Of a DNA stretch of 63,231 bases, positions 1 through 9,123 are shown piece after piece. The notes under the pieces were generated by a model. It was not told where the DNA came from and ran no database searches. It saw only the letters and a program-made list of their open reading frames with translations. Both the position numbers and the translations under genes were made by a program. The stretch spans positions 1 through 63,231 of IMG/VR virus record IMGVR_UViG_3300047388_000410, one strand, 5' to 3'. Each line of letters begins with the position of its first letter. Position 1 is the stretch's first letter. Origin of the DNA: a virus. Its lineage: Duplodnaviria; Caudoviricetes.

Positions 1-654
1 TAGCGCTTTAACGATATTAGCAACGTCTTGCATTTGCTGCATTCGCCCCGCCGGCATCAGCCGCTCGTTTACTTTCTGCATCTGCTGAAGCGCGGTTTCG
101 TTAAGCACTTTCTCGATAGCTGGCGTTCTGACCATACCGAATCGAACGCAATTTACTCGTACTCCACTCGGCCCTAGCTCCACTGCTAGCATCTTCACAT
201 ACGCCTCAAGCGCCGCTTTTGCCGCGCCAATGACGCCGGTATTGCGGAGATAGAAATCGGGGCAGGGGTTGGAGAGAGCAACAAGCCGGGCGGTAGGCGA
301 AAGCTTATTTTCCCTTATAAGAAACCTAGTCCACCATAAAAAGCTATGCGCAAGATTGTGAAATGTATCTTCTAGTTGTTCAAGAGAAACATCAAGAAGT
401 GAACCGATGCTAGCACCAGTTATACAATGTACTAATACATCAATTTGACCGTTTTGGGCACAAAAAGCATCAAGAGGCAATGCACAAAGAGACAAATTAG
501 CTGCATCTTGTTTTATTAGTCTACGAATCCTTAACTCTTTATGCTCATGATTCCCGCGATGAAATCCTAATGTCTTATATCCATTATCCGTCAGCATCTC
601 CGTAATCGCCCGCCCAACGCCAGCCGTGGCGCCGAGAATGACCGCATTCTTCAT
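1..654 (-). CDS. SDR-family oxidoreductase, enoyl-ACP reductase (FabI/FabL)-like; N-terminal 218 codons, continuing at 63230
   Basis: Translated by hand (absent from ORF track). MKNAVILGATAGVG is a Rossmann GxxxGxG motif; also NTGVIGAAKAALE, ELGPSGVRVNCV and MPAGRM..DVANIV. Open to position 1. Confidence 0.85.
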   Translation of the reverse strand, partial: MKNAVILGATAGVGRAITEMLTDNGYKTLGFHRGNHEHKELRIRRLIKQDAANLSLCALPLDAFCAQNGQIDVLVHCITGASIGSLLDVSLEQLEDTFHNLAHSFLWWTRFLIRENKLSPTARLVALSNPCPDFYLRNTGVIGAAKAALEAYVKMLAVELGPSGVRVNCVRFGMVRTPAIEKVLNETALQQMQKVNERLMPAGRMQQMQDVANIVKAL

Positions 655-700
655 TTATTATACTCCATATTATTGTTGACCCATACACATTCTATTATGC

Positions 701-1312
701 TCATCGCTTCTCCCTCTTCATAATAATCTCCTCTGGCGTCATCCCACCACCGTCCACCGCATTCACCATCTGCTCATGCCATGCTAGCGATTCAGGCGAA
801 CCGTTACGCAATTCAATGTTAAGTGGCGTCGGGCCAGATATATACGCCAACATCGCTTCTACGACTTCAACCTTCAGCTTCAGCCTATTTGCCAATTCCA
901 TTGCCGTCGGCTCTCTCCCCAACTCATTCGCCACTTTCACCATCATCTTTCTCAGCTTCGGCAATGTATGCATTAACCACGTCGGCAATCGCGTGGGATT
1001 CTCCAAGCGTTGGACATACGATGATAACGCACTTCTGATGCGCCACGTTGCATGCGCCGAGAATGCAGCACCCTTTTTCGGGTCGAAGGTAATACATGCT
1101 TCCACCAATCCTAGCCGCGCGACTTGCTCTAAATCCTCGCGCTCCGTGCCAATATCGTCTTGATAATATGTGGACGCTAACGACACTGCTAGTGGCTCAA
1201 ACGCCCGACACAACCCTTCAACGGCCGCGTCGTGCTCTGATCCATTTAGCAATTTAATATATTTCGCAATATGCTCCGGCTCAACGGCCGGCTTTCGTCG
1301 TTTCGTTCCCAT
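701..1312 (-). CDS. Sigma-70 family RNA polymerase sigma factor (regions 2 and 3 only)
   Basis: Region 2: DLEQVARLGLVEA..FDPKKGAAFSAHATWRIR. Region 3: ELGREPTAMELANRL. The protein stops before region 4. Confidence 0.9.
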   Translation of the reverse strand: MGTKRRKPAVEPEHIAKYIKLLNGSEHDAAVEGLCRAFEPLAVSLASTYYQDDIGTEREDLEQVARLGLVEACITFDPKKGAAFSAHATWRIRSALSSYVQRLENPTRLPTWLMHTLPKLRKMMVKVANELGREPTAMELANRLKLKVEVVEAMLAYISGPTPLNIELRNGSPESLAWHEQMVNAVDGGGMTPEEIIMKREKR

Positions 1313-1619
1313 TATGATGCTTTCTGGCCCATCTCAGCCGCTCTCTAAACCCGCTTCGATGCTGCGCAGGAGTCGATACGATGATACGAATAGCCGACTC
1401 CATAACTCTCGGCCTACACCCCAACTGCCCCATCAGCCACAAAAACCCGCCTTCATCTTCGCCCCTATCCGCAATCCACGCCAACACGGTCGAATGCCCC
1501 TCCGCATTATCCACTAGCCACTCTAGCAAATGCCATAGAATCGGCAATGATGCGGTACGCGGATCAAGGTCCAACTCTATTACCGCGGGTGTACCGGACA
1601 CGGCCGCATTCTCGGGCAC
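1281..1619 (-). CDS. Hypothetical protein (resembles 21142-21666)
   Basis: Packed between neighbours with a GTG start; W..D....F.W....LG..P pattern. Confidence 0.5.
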   Translation of the reverse strand: MPENAAVSGTPAVIELDLDPRTASLPILWHLLEWLVDNAEGHSTVLAWIADRGEDEGGFLWLMGQLGCRPRVMESAIRIIVSTPAQHRSGFRERLRWARKHHNGNETTKAGR

Positions 1620-1990
1620 TTTATTTTCCCTCTCGCATCGATATTTCTCCAACATCTTCCAGCGAGCGGATACGGTCTTTTGTACTCGCGCCATGCGGTG
1701 TTTACGAGACTCCATAGCCAGGCTTGTATTAGCACATTGGTTGTCAAAAGTCCATCTGCTTTGTTTAGTGCGTGGGCGGGAAATTTCTTTTCTTTTGCCC
1801 ATTTGCGGATGATAGCGGGCGTAATAGGCTTCTTTTGCTTGCTCACAAAACCAAGCCGATTCATATATTCGACTATGGCATCTATGCCTTTAATCGGAAA
1901 CTCACGCTCTCCGTAATAGGCGCGTAACTTCGTGACGCACTGCTCCAACTCTAGCGCGTGCTGACCGCTACCGACGATAACTCGAATCAT
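1580..1990 (-). CDS. Excisionase/HTH_17-like DNA-binding protein
   Basis: GIDAIVEYM..ITPAIIRKWAKEKKFP...IQAWL resembles Xis/AlpA-type HTH proteins. Confidence 0.5.
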   Translation of the reverse strand: MIRVIVGSGQHALELEQCVTKLRAYYGEREFPIKGIDAIVEYMNRLGFVSKQKKPITPAIIRKWAKEKKFPAHALNKADGLLTTNVLIQAWLWSLVNTAWREYKRPYPLAGRCWRNIDARGKIKCPRMRPCPVHPR

Positions 1991-3264
1991 TATTCGGGTA
2001 CTTCATCAAAACACCGACAACTCGGCGCATAATGCAGCATTCGCGGTCGGCCCATTGTCATATTCAGCATTCCCGCCGCGCCAAGTGTATTCAACGCCTT
2101 CACCGCATCCGTATGCGATAGATGCAACTGCCGATACAACTCGCGCTCCGTCATACACCCCTTACGCTGCAAATACGCCTCCACGCGCTGCTCAACGATC
2201 TTTTCGCTTTGCTGGCTCACGGTTTTCGCTCCTGACCAACCCCGCGTTATCCACATCATGGACTCTTGGCAATAAGTAACAACTTGAAGCGTCGCGTTCA
2301 TTTGGTCTTCGGTGATGCGGATATATGGCGCCGGGTCAACTTCGGTCATACAATATATCATACCCAACTTCTTGACATAGGTATCGAGTCGTGTTAACGG
2401 CTTCGTCTCCATATCGCTCAAATTCTGCTGCCTCAACGTATGCGCACTATACCACGCCGCGTGCATCGCTTCGGCTTCGGGAGACATGCCCACACGTACG
2501 CTCGCTCGTTGCGCCGCTACGCGCTGCCATTCGTCACGAATATCAGCAATGCGCGTCGCTAATGCAAGTACCGCAGCTTGATCTGGTGTGCCCATAATCG
2601 GTTTAGCGATCCCTGTTGCCTCGCCGCCGAAAATCACGAATCGGTTTAACATGCCACCAGAGAAGAACGTCTCTGATAGGTCCAGCCGTACATGCTCTGG
2701 CGTACCATTCAAAATGAGATTAAGGTAATAGTCTTCCGCCGTAATCGAATCCTGAGCCTTCTTAACAATCGCCGCAACTGGTAAAAGCCCAAACGCTTTA
2801 TTAAGAATCGGCTCCAACCGATTTCCACTTCGCGCTGCTGTAGCAAACAAGTCCTTGATTTCGTCATATCGTATCAACACATTCTTCTTCTGCGCCAAAG
2901 TGCGAATCAACCCCTCGGCCGATGATACCGATGTCATTTGATGATGCGCTCGGTCACGAAGCGAATTTGCAATATATTCTTCAACCAAATCACTCGCTGT
3001 TGACTTCTTCGTCCCTGTACCGCCGCAACAGAATATAAAAAAGTTCGTATACGGCCCGGTGCCTTCATCAAATCGCGCTCTATCTCCCAATTCTGCCGCC
3101 ACAAGCGCAAGCATATTAGCGAAGTGAAATGACCGTGGACTCTCGCCTAGATGGTCAACCAAGCGGCGCCACGCCTCAAACACTCCTCGCCACGCTGCCT
3201 CTGGAAATGGCGGTAACTCGCCGCTTAATAATAGCGGCTGGTGGGAATCATCCTCTTCGATCAC
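1990..3264 (-). CDS. DUF3987/YfjI-like replicative P-loop ATPase (putative helicase) with C-terminal winged helix
   Basis: Walker A GGTGTKKST, SSAEGL, Walker B IRYDE, GMLNRF arginine-finger motif. No N-terminal primase domain. Confidence 0.8.
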   Translation of the reverse strand: MIEEDDSHQPLLLSGELPPFPEAAWRGVFEAWRRLVDHLGESPRSFHFANMLALVAAELGDRARFDEGTGPYTNFFIFCCGGTGTKKSTASDLVEEYIANSLRDRAHHQMTSVSSAEGLIRTLAQKKNVLIRYDEIKDLFATAARSGNRLEPILNKAFGLLPVAAIVKKAQDSITAEDYYLNLILNGTPEHVRLDLSETFFSGGMLNRFVIFGGEATGIAKPIMGTPDQAAVLALATRIADIRDEWQRVAAQRASVRVGMSPEAEAMHAAWYSAHTLRQQNLSDMETKPLTRLDTYVKKLGMIYCMTEVDPAPYIRITEDQMNATLQVVTYCQESMMWITRGWSGAKTVSQQSEKIVEQRVEAYLQRKGCMTERELYRQLHLSHTDAVKALNTLGAAGMLNMTMGRPRMLHYAPSCRCFDEVPE

Positions 3265-3413
3265 TTTCGGCTTTCTTCGTCGTATTGTCTGATGGCTTCG
3301 ATTACTAACGGAATAACGCGACGGACGATTTCAACGGCTTCAGAAATTCGCCGTTCGCGATTACAACCTTGACAATTCCAACAAGGCTCATGTCCGTTAC
3401 ACCACTTACACAT
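3261..3413 (-). CDS. Small Cys-rich (zinc-binding) protein
   Basis: Hand-translated MCKWCNGHEPCWNCQGC...; overlaps both neighbours. Confidence 0.5.
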   Translation of the reverse strand: MCKWCNGHEPCWNCQGCNRERRISEAVEIVRRVIPLVIEAIRQYDEESRK

Positions 3414-3582
3414 AATCCTTTTTACACTCATCACATAACCAACCTTCGACTTCGCTGGTTGATATAAACGTCAGCTTGCCGCGTCGATAACACGAATCAC
3501 AGCCCTTTGACCCCGTATGCTTCGGCCACGTCGCCTTCTTCCCCGCCGTTGTAACAGAAAATCGCTTCTGTTGGTATTTCAA
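3406..3582 (-). CDS. Small zinc-ribbon protein
   Basis: Hand-translated; TTG start overlapping the GT stop; CDSC...LCDEC. Confidence 0.5.
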   Translation of the reverse strand: MKYQQKRFSVTTAGKKATWPKHTGSKGCDSCYRRGKLTFISTSEVEGWLCDECKKDYV

Positions 3583-4730
3583 ACGAAACCTCCTGCTTCG
3601 CGCTTAATAAATCCTGTAAAATTTGTATCGTACCATCCATCGCCCCATAAAGTCATTAACCTCTCAAAATATTCTTGATACTGATACTTTACCACATCCA
3701 AGCTAAACCTGTTCCTCGCATACTCCCTCAAATGCATCGGACCCCAAAGTTTATCAACATTTCGCACAGCCCACATAGCCTCGCCAAGTGTACGAACGCG
3801 GTAGCCAACTTGACCATCAGGTACGGTACTGCTAAAAACACCCCAATCGCTAGTGATGACAGGAGTGCCACAGAAAAGACTCTCGACATGAACGCCCTCC
3901 CAAGGTCCGATATATGTTGTAGGCACAAATAGTGCTCTCGCCTTCCCCATAAATTCTGCGCGTTCTTTGACACCTAAAACACCAACATATTCGATATGAT
4001 CGCCTTCAATAGTTAATTCAGCAGCCTTGATATATCCCGGTCGATAGTCGATAACACCCTGACCTGCAATCTTCAGCTTCTTCCCGAGCCGCCGTGTTGT
4101 CTCAACAGCCAACTCAATTCCTTTACGCCGCACGAGCCGTCCCATATACGCGAAGTAATCGGACTTTTGATTACGTGTCGTGAGTGGAAAATCAGTCGGA
4201 TCAAAATAATTTGGAATAACTGCATCATACGATGAACCATCATTCTGATTTAACTTGCCGTACAAATAATGCATCCACGCATATGACTCAAAAACACGAT
4301 ATGCGCTAAAAACGCCTTCATACCCTATGCCGAATTCAACGGCCATATGCTGCGGAAATGCATCAGCAATCGGCTTTTGACATACGCCGCCGATTAAACA
4401 AATAAAATCACGCGGTTGAATGCGTTTTTTAATTTCAGCAATAGCGTTATTATTTGCATGTTGCCAATACGATAGTTTGCTGTCCCATTGAATCGCAAAG
4501 AAATCTTTTGTATAATCGTTATCTCCCCACCATTTTTTATGATGCGCTTCGTCCATGATAACGATATGCTCAGTACATGCAGCTTCGTTTTGATAGCCGG
4601 CGTAGAGATAAACTTCGTGGCCGAGTGAGTGCATCATGTTACAAAAATTTCTAACCTTAGTGCCATATGCGCACATACAATAGGTACGTGTAGTTTGAAC
4701 ATGCGGCAACGATATACAATGCAACCGCAT
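3579..4730 (-). CDS. GT-B fold glycosyltransferase (GT4-like)
   Basis: LGHEVYLY, VIPNYFD, YMGRLVRRKG, and the ESLFCGTPVITSDWG donor-binding motif. Confidence 0.9.
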   Translation of the reverse strand: MRLHCISLPHVQTTRTYCMCAYGTKVRNFCNMMHSLGHEVYLYAGYQNEAACTEHIVIMDEAHHKKWWGDNDYTKDFFAIQWDSKLSYWQHANNNAIAEIKKRIQPRDFICLIGGVCQKPIADAFPQHMAVEFGIGYEGVFSAYRVFESYAWMHYLYGKLNQNDGSSYDAVIPNYFDPTDFPLTTRNQKSDYFAYMGRLVRRKGIELAVETTRRLGKKLKIAGQGVIDYRPGYIKAAELTIEGDHIEYVGVLGVKERAEFMGKARALFVPTTYIGPWEGVHVESLFCGTPVITSDWGVFSSTVPDGQVGYRVRTLGEAMWAVRNVDKLWGPMHLREYARNRFSLDVVKYQYQEYFERLMTLWGDGWYDTNFTGFIKREAGGFV

Positions 4731-4757
4731 TTTACTTGAACCTTCGCTTTGCCGGCG

Positions 4758-5741
4758 TCATGGGAGCTTTATCTCCTTCCGCGCCTGCGCCCGTACCGCG
4801 GCCAAGTCTGCGCGAAGTTGAATCGCTTGCCTCCCCTCCTTACAGATCACCAAGCCGCCTATATCTTCGCACCAATGCGTTCGGAGACTCCCGCACTCGT
4901 CCTCCAGCCGGGCAATCTCCGCTTCCAACGGCGCCCGCACTGCGGCGGTGTAGGAGGCGGCGAGGGCGGCGGTGTCGTCAAAGGCCGCATCGCACTGAAC
5001 GCGAATGTGCGCTGGTGTTAACGGACTGACCGAAATGAATGCCAAGATGTCCCGCAGCCCCGCCGCGGTCGCCTGCGCGGCGTCGCGCTCGGCTTCTACG
5101 TCACGCATCGGGTGCTTCACGCAGACGTGAATATGCGCGGAAAGGGCCTCGTCATTCGCGTCTGGCGTGCCCGGCGGATACATCTCGCCGCAGAAGGCAC
5201 ACCTAAGCTCTTGCGTCTCGCGCACCATCTTGCGGACCCACTCCCGAGCCTCGTCCCGCTCCTCGGTGAGCCGGGCGTTGTCGGCCTGGAGTCGGTCAAT
5301 CGCTTCCTCAACATTCAGGCCAACGCTCGCGTTCGGGTCCAATTCCCAGACGCGCGCAGCCTGCTCCAAAGCAGCCATCGCCTCGGCTTTCCAAGCAATA
5401 CCGCGCTCCCGCTGCCGGATGTTCTCGGCCTCCATCTTTGCCCAGCTTGAGCGCGTCCAACGTGTCGCAGCATCGGCTGCCGCTTGCAGGTCACGTAGCT
5501 CGGCCTGCGCGGTGGCGAGTTGGGCCTCTACGTCGGCCCGGTTGTGCCGTGCCTCTTCTCGGAAGTCGGCCGCGAGGTCTTCGCGTAGTTGATTCTGGTC
5601 CTGCACTCTCGCTTTCCACTTGTCTCGCTCGGCCTCCAGCGGCGCGCGGACGGCGCGGAATGCCGCGACTGCCAGCCGCACGAATTCTTCGCTGGCACTA
5701 TTCGGGGCGACCAGCGCCCGCGCCCGCTCCTCATCTGTCAT
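4758..5741 (-). CDS. Hypothetical coiled-coil protein with Zn motif (Ead/Ea22-like accessory)
   Basis: Ala/Glu/Arg-rich heptads; CAFCG..HIHVC..HP; internal AVRAPLEAE repeat; visibly GC-rich. Confidence 0.6.
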   Translation of the reverse strand: MTDEERARALVAPNSASEEFVRLAVAAFRAVRAPLEAERDKWKARVQDQNQLREDLAADFREEARHNRADVEAQLATAQAELRDLQAAADAATRWTRSSWAKMEAENIRQRERGIAWKAEAMAALEQAARVWELDPNASVGLNVEEAIDRLQADNARLTEERDEAREWVRKMVRETQELRCAFCGEMYPPGTPDANDEALSAHIHVCVKHPMRDVEAERDAAQATAAGLRDILAFISVSPLTPAHIRVQCDAAFDDTAALAASYTAAVRAPLEAEIARLEDECGSLRTHWCEDIGGLVICKEGRQAIQLRADLAAVRAQARKEIKLP

Positions 5742-6037
5742 TTTAGCTCCTCGATAAACCCTGGCGTCGCCCGGCACAATACACACGCCGACTTCGCCTT
5801 CTCATGTGTATTCGGGCACTTTACAAATCCTTCTCGCGGACATCGGCCGCATACGAGCCCCGACGATATAAAGCCACCGCAGGTTTCGCACATGGTGCCA
5901 GCGGGCCAGGAGGGGCCGCCATAGGTTGATGCTACAATTTCGCCTTCAGCATCAGCTAACGCGATAGCGTAGTCATCATCAACCAGTTCGCCGTCTGGCC
6001 AATCGTTTTGAATATTGATAAGCTTCGACTCGTTCAT
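5738..6037 (-). CDS. Hypothetical protein with Cys-rich C-terminus
   Basis: CETCGG, CGRC and CVLC motifs; coupled to neighbours. Confidence 0.5.
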   Translation of the reverse strand: MNESKLINIQNDWPDGELVDDDYAIALADAEGEIVASTYGGPSWPAGTMCETCGGFISSGLVCGRCPREGFVKCPNTHEKAKSACVLCRATPGFIEELK

Positions 6038-6567
6038 GCCGTCCCCCGACACTTCGTATGATCTTCGCCAGGAATACGAACACGACCGCAGGAGAAGCAG
6101 AGAGGGTCGTAGCGAGGCACTTTTGGCTCGGCCGGCTTCTGTGTCGTCGTCATTGATCGCATCAATTCCGCTGCCTTCCCCTTCACCGGCCGATCGTCAA
6201 CTAGATTACCCGTAGCCTTCGCATCCAACAGAATCGCCACACACGCCATAGCATGTGCCTCGTGAGGATATCCAGATTCGGGGTCAGCGTCTTCGCCATC
6301 CAACGCTGCCATTAAATGCCGCATCGCCGCGCTATAATAAATCGTCCATTTAACTTTCTTGCTACGCCAGTTGAAAGCGCCGTATTTTTTTGCGCCAAGC
6401 TCCATGATCTTTGAGAGATATGCGATGCTAGCCGGCGGAATCGTCCAGATATTCGGCTTATCGGTGCCGAGACGGTCTTTGGGATTGGTTAAACAACAAC
6501 AATCACCGGGTTCATATTCTGGCTTACTGCAATGAGAGCAAATATAACCTTTATGACTATCAGCCAT
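6034..6567 (-). CDS. dATP/dGTP diphosphohydrolase domain protein (DUF5664)
   Basis: TNPKD..G..K, GAKKYGAFNWR, YYSAAMRHL..GEDADPESGYPHEAHA, LVDDRP. Confidence 0.85.
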   Translation of the reverse strand: MADSHKGYICSHCSKPEYEPGDCCCLTNPKDRLGTDKPNIWTIPPASIAYLSKIMELGAKKYGAFNWRSKKVKWTIYYSAAMRHLMAALDGEDADPESGYPHEAHAMACVAILLDAKATGNLVDDRPVKGKAAELMRSMTTTQKPAEPKVPRYDPLCFSCGRVRIPGEDHTKCRGTA

Positions 6568-6908
6568 TACACCCTCTCACACGCCAACAGCGTCTCAAGA
6601 CTCAAATACACTCTCGACGCTCCATTCCGTGCAATAAACCGCTGCTGTTCACGATCGGCGCCGCTCGATTCACCGGGCAGGCGCAAAAACGCATCACACG
6701 TATCGAGCCACTCAAAGTCATACGCAAGCCAAGTCTCGTACTCATGCGGATGCATCAGATGCCAGAACATGGTAAGATGCGGGATAAATGGGATGAAGCC
6801 GGCGTCGAGCAATACATTACCTGCATCAATAGCACGCTTTGTATTTGTTACCGGATCGCCTGTACTGTAGGGACCCGCGACGTAGATTCTAATCTTGCGC
6901 TTTGTCAT
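6567..6908 (-). CDS. Nucleoside 2-deoxyribosyltransferase-like protein (DUF4406/DUF1937-like)
   Basis: IYVAGPY, PFIPHL, WLDTCDA..RLPGESSGADRE. Confidence 0.75.
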   Translation of the reverse strand: MTKRKIRIYVAGPYSTGDPVTNTKRAIDAGNVLLDAGFIPFIPHLTMFWHLMHPHEYETWLAYDFEWLDTCDAFLRLPGESSGADREQQRFIARNGASRVYLSLETLLACERV

Positions 6909-7312
6909 TGCGGATTCTCTCCTTTCAACACTTTCAAATGTTCATAGCCTTTTCTAGCGCCTCTGGTATACCAACTTATTGTACTCGTAACTACGCCAAA
7001 CCGTTTGGCAATATCTCCATTTGATAAACCTTTAGCCCGTAATTTGGGAATGCTATTTAATTGTTCTTCGGTTAGCTTACGATTCTTGCGATCAAAAGCG
7101 CAATGACAAGAACGGCATAGACCGATATAATCGTTCATATCGTAATATCGTCTAGAAACATTAGCCCATTCAAGCCAGCCGTCTTTTCGCCCGCAGTGCT
7201 CACAAATCTTCGGCCGGCCTTTTAGGCGCTGAATGCGAGTATGCGCTCCCTTATATGAAACAGCATTACCTTTCCAACTGAAGTTTTGAGCACCACGCTG
7301 ATTAGGATTCAT
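6905..7312 (-). CDS. HNH-type homing endonuclease with C-terminal HTH
   Basis: WKG..VSY...H, CEHCG, LEWANVS, LCRSCH..FD, IAKRFGV. Confidence 0.8.
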   Translation of the reverse strand: MNPNQRGAQNFSWKGNAVSYKGAHTRIQRLKGRPKICEHCGRKDGWLEWANVSRRYYDMNDYIGLCRSCHCAFDRKNRKLTEEQLNSIPKLRAKGLSNGDIAKRFGVVTSTISWYTRGARKGYEHLKVLKGENPQ

Positions 7313-7494
7313 TGAGTTTGTGGGTTAGTGCCTTTTATAAGGTGCTTATGACAATCTGAAGTATGCGCAATCAGCATTGAAGCTGTTGTAAATCTTCGCC
7401 TACATTGAATACACTGAAATTCTTCGGAATCAAATAGAGTCTCTACCGTTACCGGCATTCCGCACATATGCCCTGGTACGATTATATGTGTCAT
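7309..7494 (-). CDS. Small C2HC zinc-finger protein
   Basis: FQCIQCRRRF...LIAHTSDCH. Confidence 0.6.
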   Translation of the reverse strand: MTHIIVPGHMCGMPVTVETLFDSEEFQCIQCRRRFTTASMLIAHTSDCHKHLIKGTNPQTQ

Positions 7495-7769
7495 GCCATT
7501 AGCTCCTCTAGGCTCTTTCCTTTATTTCGCTTTTTTGGTACTGGCCCCTTCACCCACCACTTACCACTAAAACACTTCGGGCATCGCGGCGGATGCGGTT
7601 TGCGGTCGCTCATCCATATCCAACCGCACCCAACGCGCTTACAACGAAACGCCTTACGCATCTGGCGGCGTCCAATGCACATGTTCTTCACCATGATACT
7701 CTGTCGCTCTACCCCACTCCAACGGCCCCCAGCCTTCCCAAATGCTGATTTGATCGAGTAAATCAACAA
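7491..7769 (-). CDS. Small zinc-ribbon protein (start uncertain)
   Basis: C...GCGWIW......P.RCPKC.S.KW. Confidence 0.6.
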   Translation of the reverse strand: MLIYSIKSAFGKAGGRWSGVERQSIMVKNMCIGRRQMRKAFRCKRVGCGWIWMSDRKPHPPRCPKCFSGKWWVKGPVPKKRNKGKSLEELMA

Positions 7770-7813
7770 TAATAAGTTGTGACCAAAAATTCATAAAATA
7801 TATGCCCCACATA

Positions 7814-8044
7814 TTATGCATCCCCCTTCTCCGCTCTCAGCAACATCAACTGCGCTGCCAGATGCGACGCCAACATTTGCGTCAACCCTGGCGCTTCGTT
7901 AATCATAATAATTGTCATTACAATTGCAAATTGTAGTGCTTTTCGTACATCAGCCGAAAACTTATTATCCATCACACCGTATGCTGTTAGTAATCGCGTC
8001 TGTAGCTCTTTGAGCGAAATGCTTTCAATTGTGTCGTCAATCAT
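7814..8044 (-). CDS. Hypothetical protein
   Basis: ORF with upstream GAGG, overlapping its neighbour. Confidence 0.45.
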   Translation of the reverse strand: MIDDTIESISLKELQTRLLTAYGVMDNKFSADVRKALQFAIVMTIIMINEAPGLTQMLASHLAAQLMLLRAEKGDA

Positions 8045-8321
8045 TGTTCACCTCTGGTAGTGCGCGGTTGGCGCGGATGGCGTTAGCTGTAAGATGAAAC
8101 GCAATGCGCCCGGCTTCGCTTATGGTTAAACAACCAAAATGTTCTTGAATAAGCGTAATATCGTTTATAAGCGTTGCATCTCCTCTATGCCCTTTTACTT
8201 CTACTCTTTTTTCTTTGCAAACAACAGATACATGAGGCTGCGGCTTACTTTTAGTGCCACATGAAAGAACTGTACCGGGCGCTGCTAGTGAAATTCGTCT
8301 TCCATTCATTACAACCGGCAT
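8037..8321 (-). CDS. Hypothetical protein
   Basis: Abuts the phosphoesterase stop codon. Confidence 0.5.
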   Translation of the reverse strand: MPVVMNGRRISLAAPGTVLSCGTKSKPQPHVSVVCKEKRVEVKGHRGDATLINDITLIQEHFGCLTISEAGRIAFHLTANAIRANRALPEVNND

Positions 8322-9122
8322 TTAAATCTCCACTCGAATTGGATCACGAGCCTTGCTGTTAATGAAGATAAACGGCGCACTCAATGGACTCGGCGTCAGC
8401 ATTTTTACTTCCGCATACTCGCCGCGTGGAATATATCCATCGCGATGCCCTACGATACTCGACTTGCTAAACCCGCCCGTATTGACTAAGAAAATATCGC
8501 TATGAGTCAAATCGCCCTTATTCCAATCGGGCGTCGGACGGCTCAACCGTGATACGCTGACCTTCGTCGTATGGCCGATCATATATACATCAGCCCCCGC
8601 AAGTCCATGTGATACATGATACAGCTTATTCAGCGGTCCGGTCGGCAGCACGCTATTTCCCTGCCCATGATGTGCCCAAAGCACCTTACCCGCCGGCTCG
8701 ACTCGAATATACGCACTCGTCCCAAGAAACTGCGCGTCAAGCATATCAGCAAGCCATTGGTCACTCGTGCTGCCGCGGCCTTCGTAATAATGATGCCCCT
8801 CTAGCATCCCCAGCCATCGCCCCTTTGTCGGCTTCAGCAGCGTCTCGTATACCTCTTCAACTAACTCATGCGCCTTCTCGTCAATCACATCCTGTGCGCT
8901 ATCATAGAGATTGGCTCCTGCGAGACGCTGCCGATTCGACGGCGAGAGAAAGTCAATGTAATCCCCCATTCCCACAAACCACGCCTCGAATTCTAATGCG
9001 CGGTCGATGTGGCGTTTGATATGCTCAACGGCAGATGGTCCCTTTTTGCCGCTCCATTGCAAATCACCAAGCGGGCTTATTACGCACTGATGCTTCTTCG
9101 TATTGAATTTTACTAGCTCCAC
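8322..9122 (-). CDS. Calcineurin-like metallophosphoesterase
   Basis: LGDLQ, MGDYID, LEGHH, AHHG, IGHT and NTGGF motifs. Confidence 0.8.
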   Translation of the reverse strand: MELVKFNTKKHQCVISPLGDLQWSGKKGPSAVEHIKRHIDRALEFEAWFVGMGDYIDFLSPSNRQRLAGANLYDSAQDVIDEKAHELVEEVYETLLKPTKGRWLGMLEGHHYYEGRGSTSDQWLADMLDAQFLGTSAYIRVEPAGKVLWAHHGQGNSVLPTGPLNKLYHVSHGLAGADVYMIGHTTKVSVSRLSRPTPDWNKGDLTHSDIFLVNTGGFSKSSIVGHRDGYIPRGEYAEVKMLTPSPLSAPFIFINSKARDPIRVEI

Positions 9123-9123
9123 G

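Noticed and set aside
1580-1990. Temperate lifestyle, suggested by the excisionase-like HTH
   Set aside because: No integrase, CI-like repressor or partition genes were recognised.
6034-6567. 2-aminoadenine (Z) or 7-deazaguanine genome, suggested by DUF5664 and the odd PolA
   Set aside because: No PurZ/PurA-like, DpdA, FolE or QueC/D/E gene is recognisable in this apparently complete genome.
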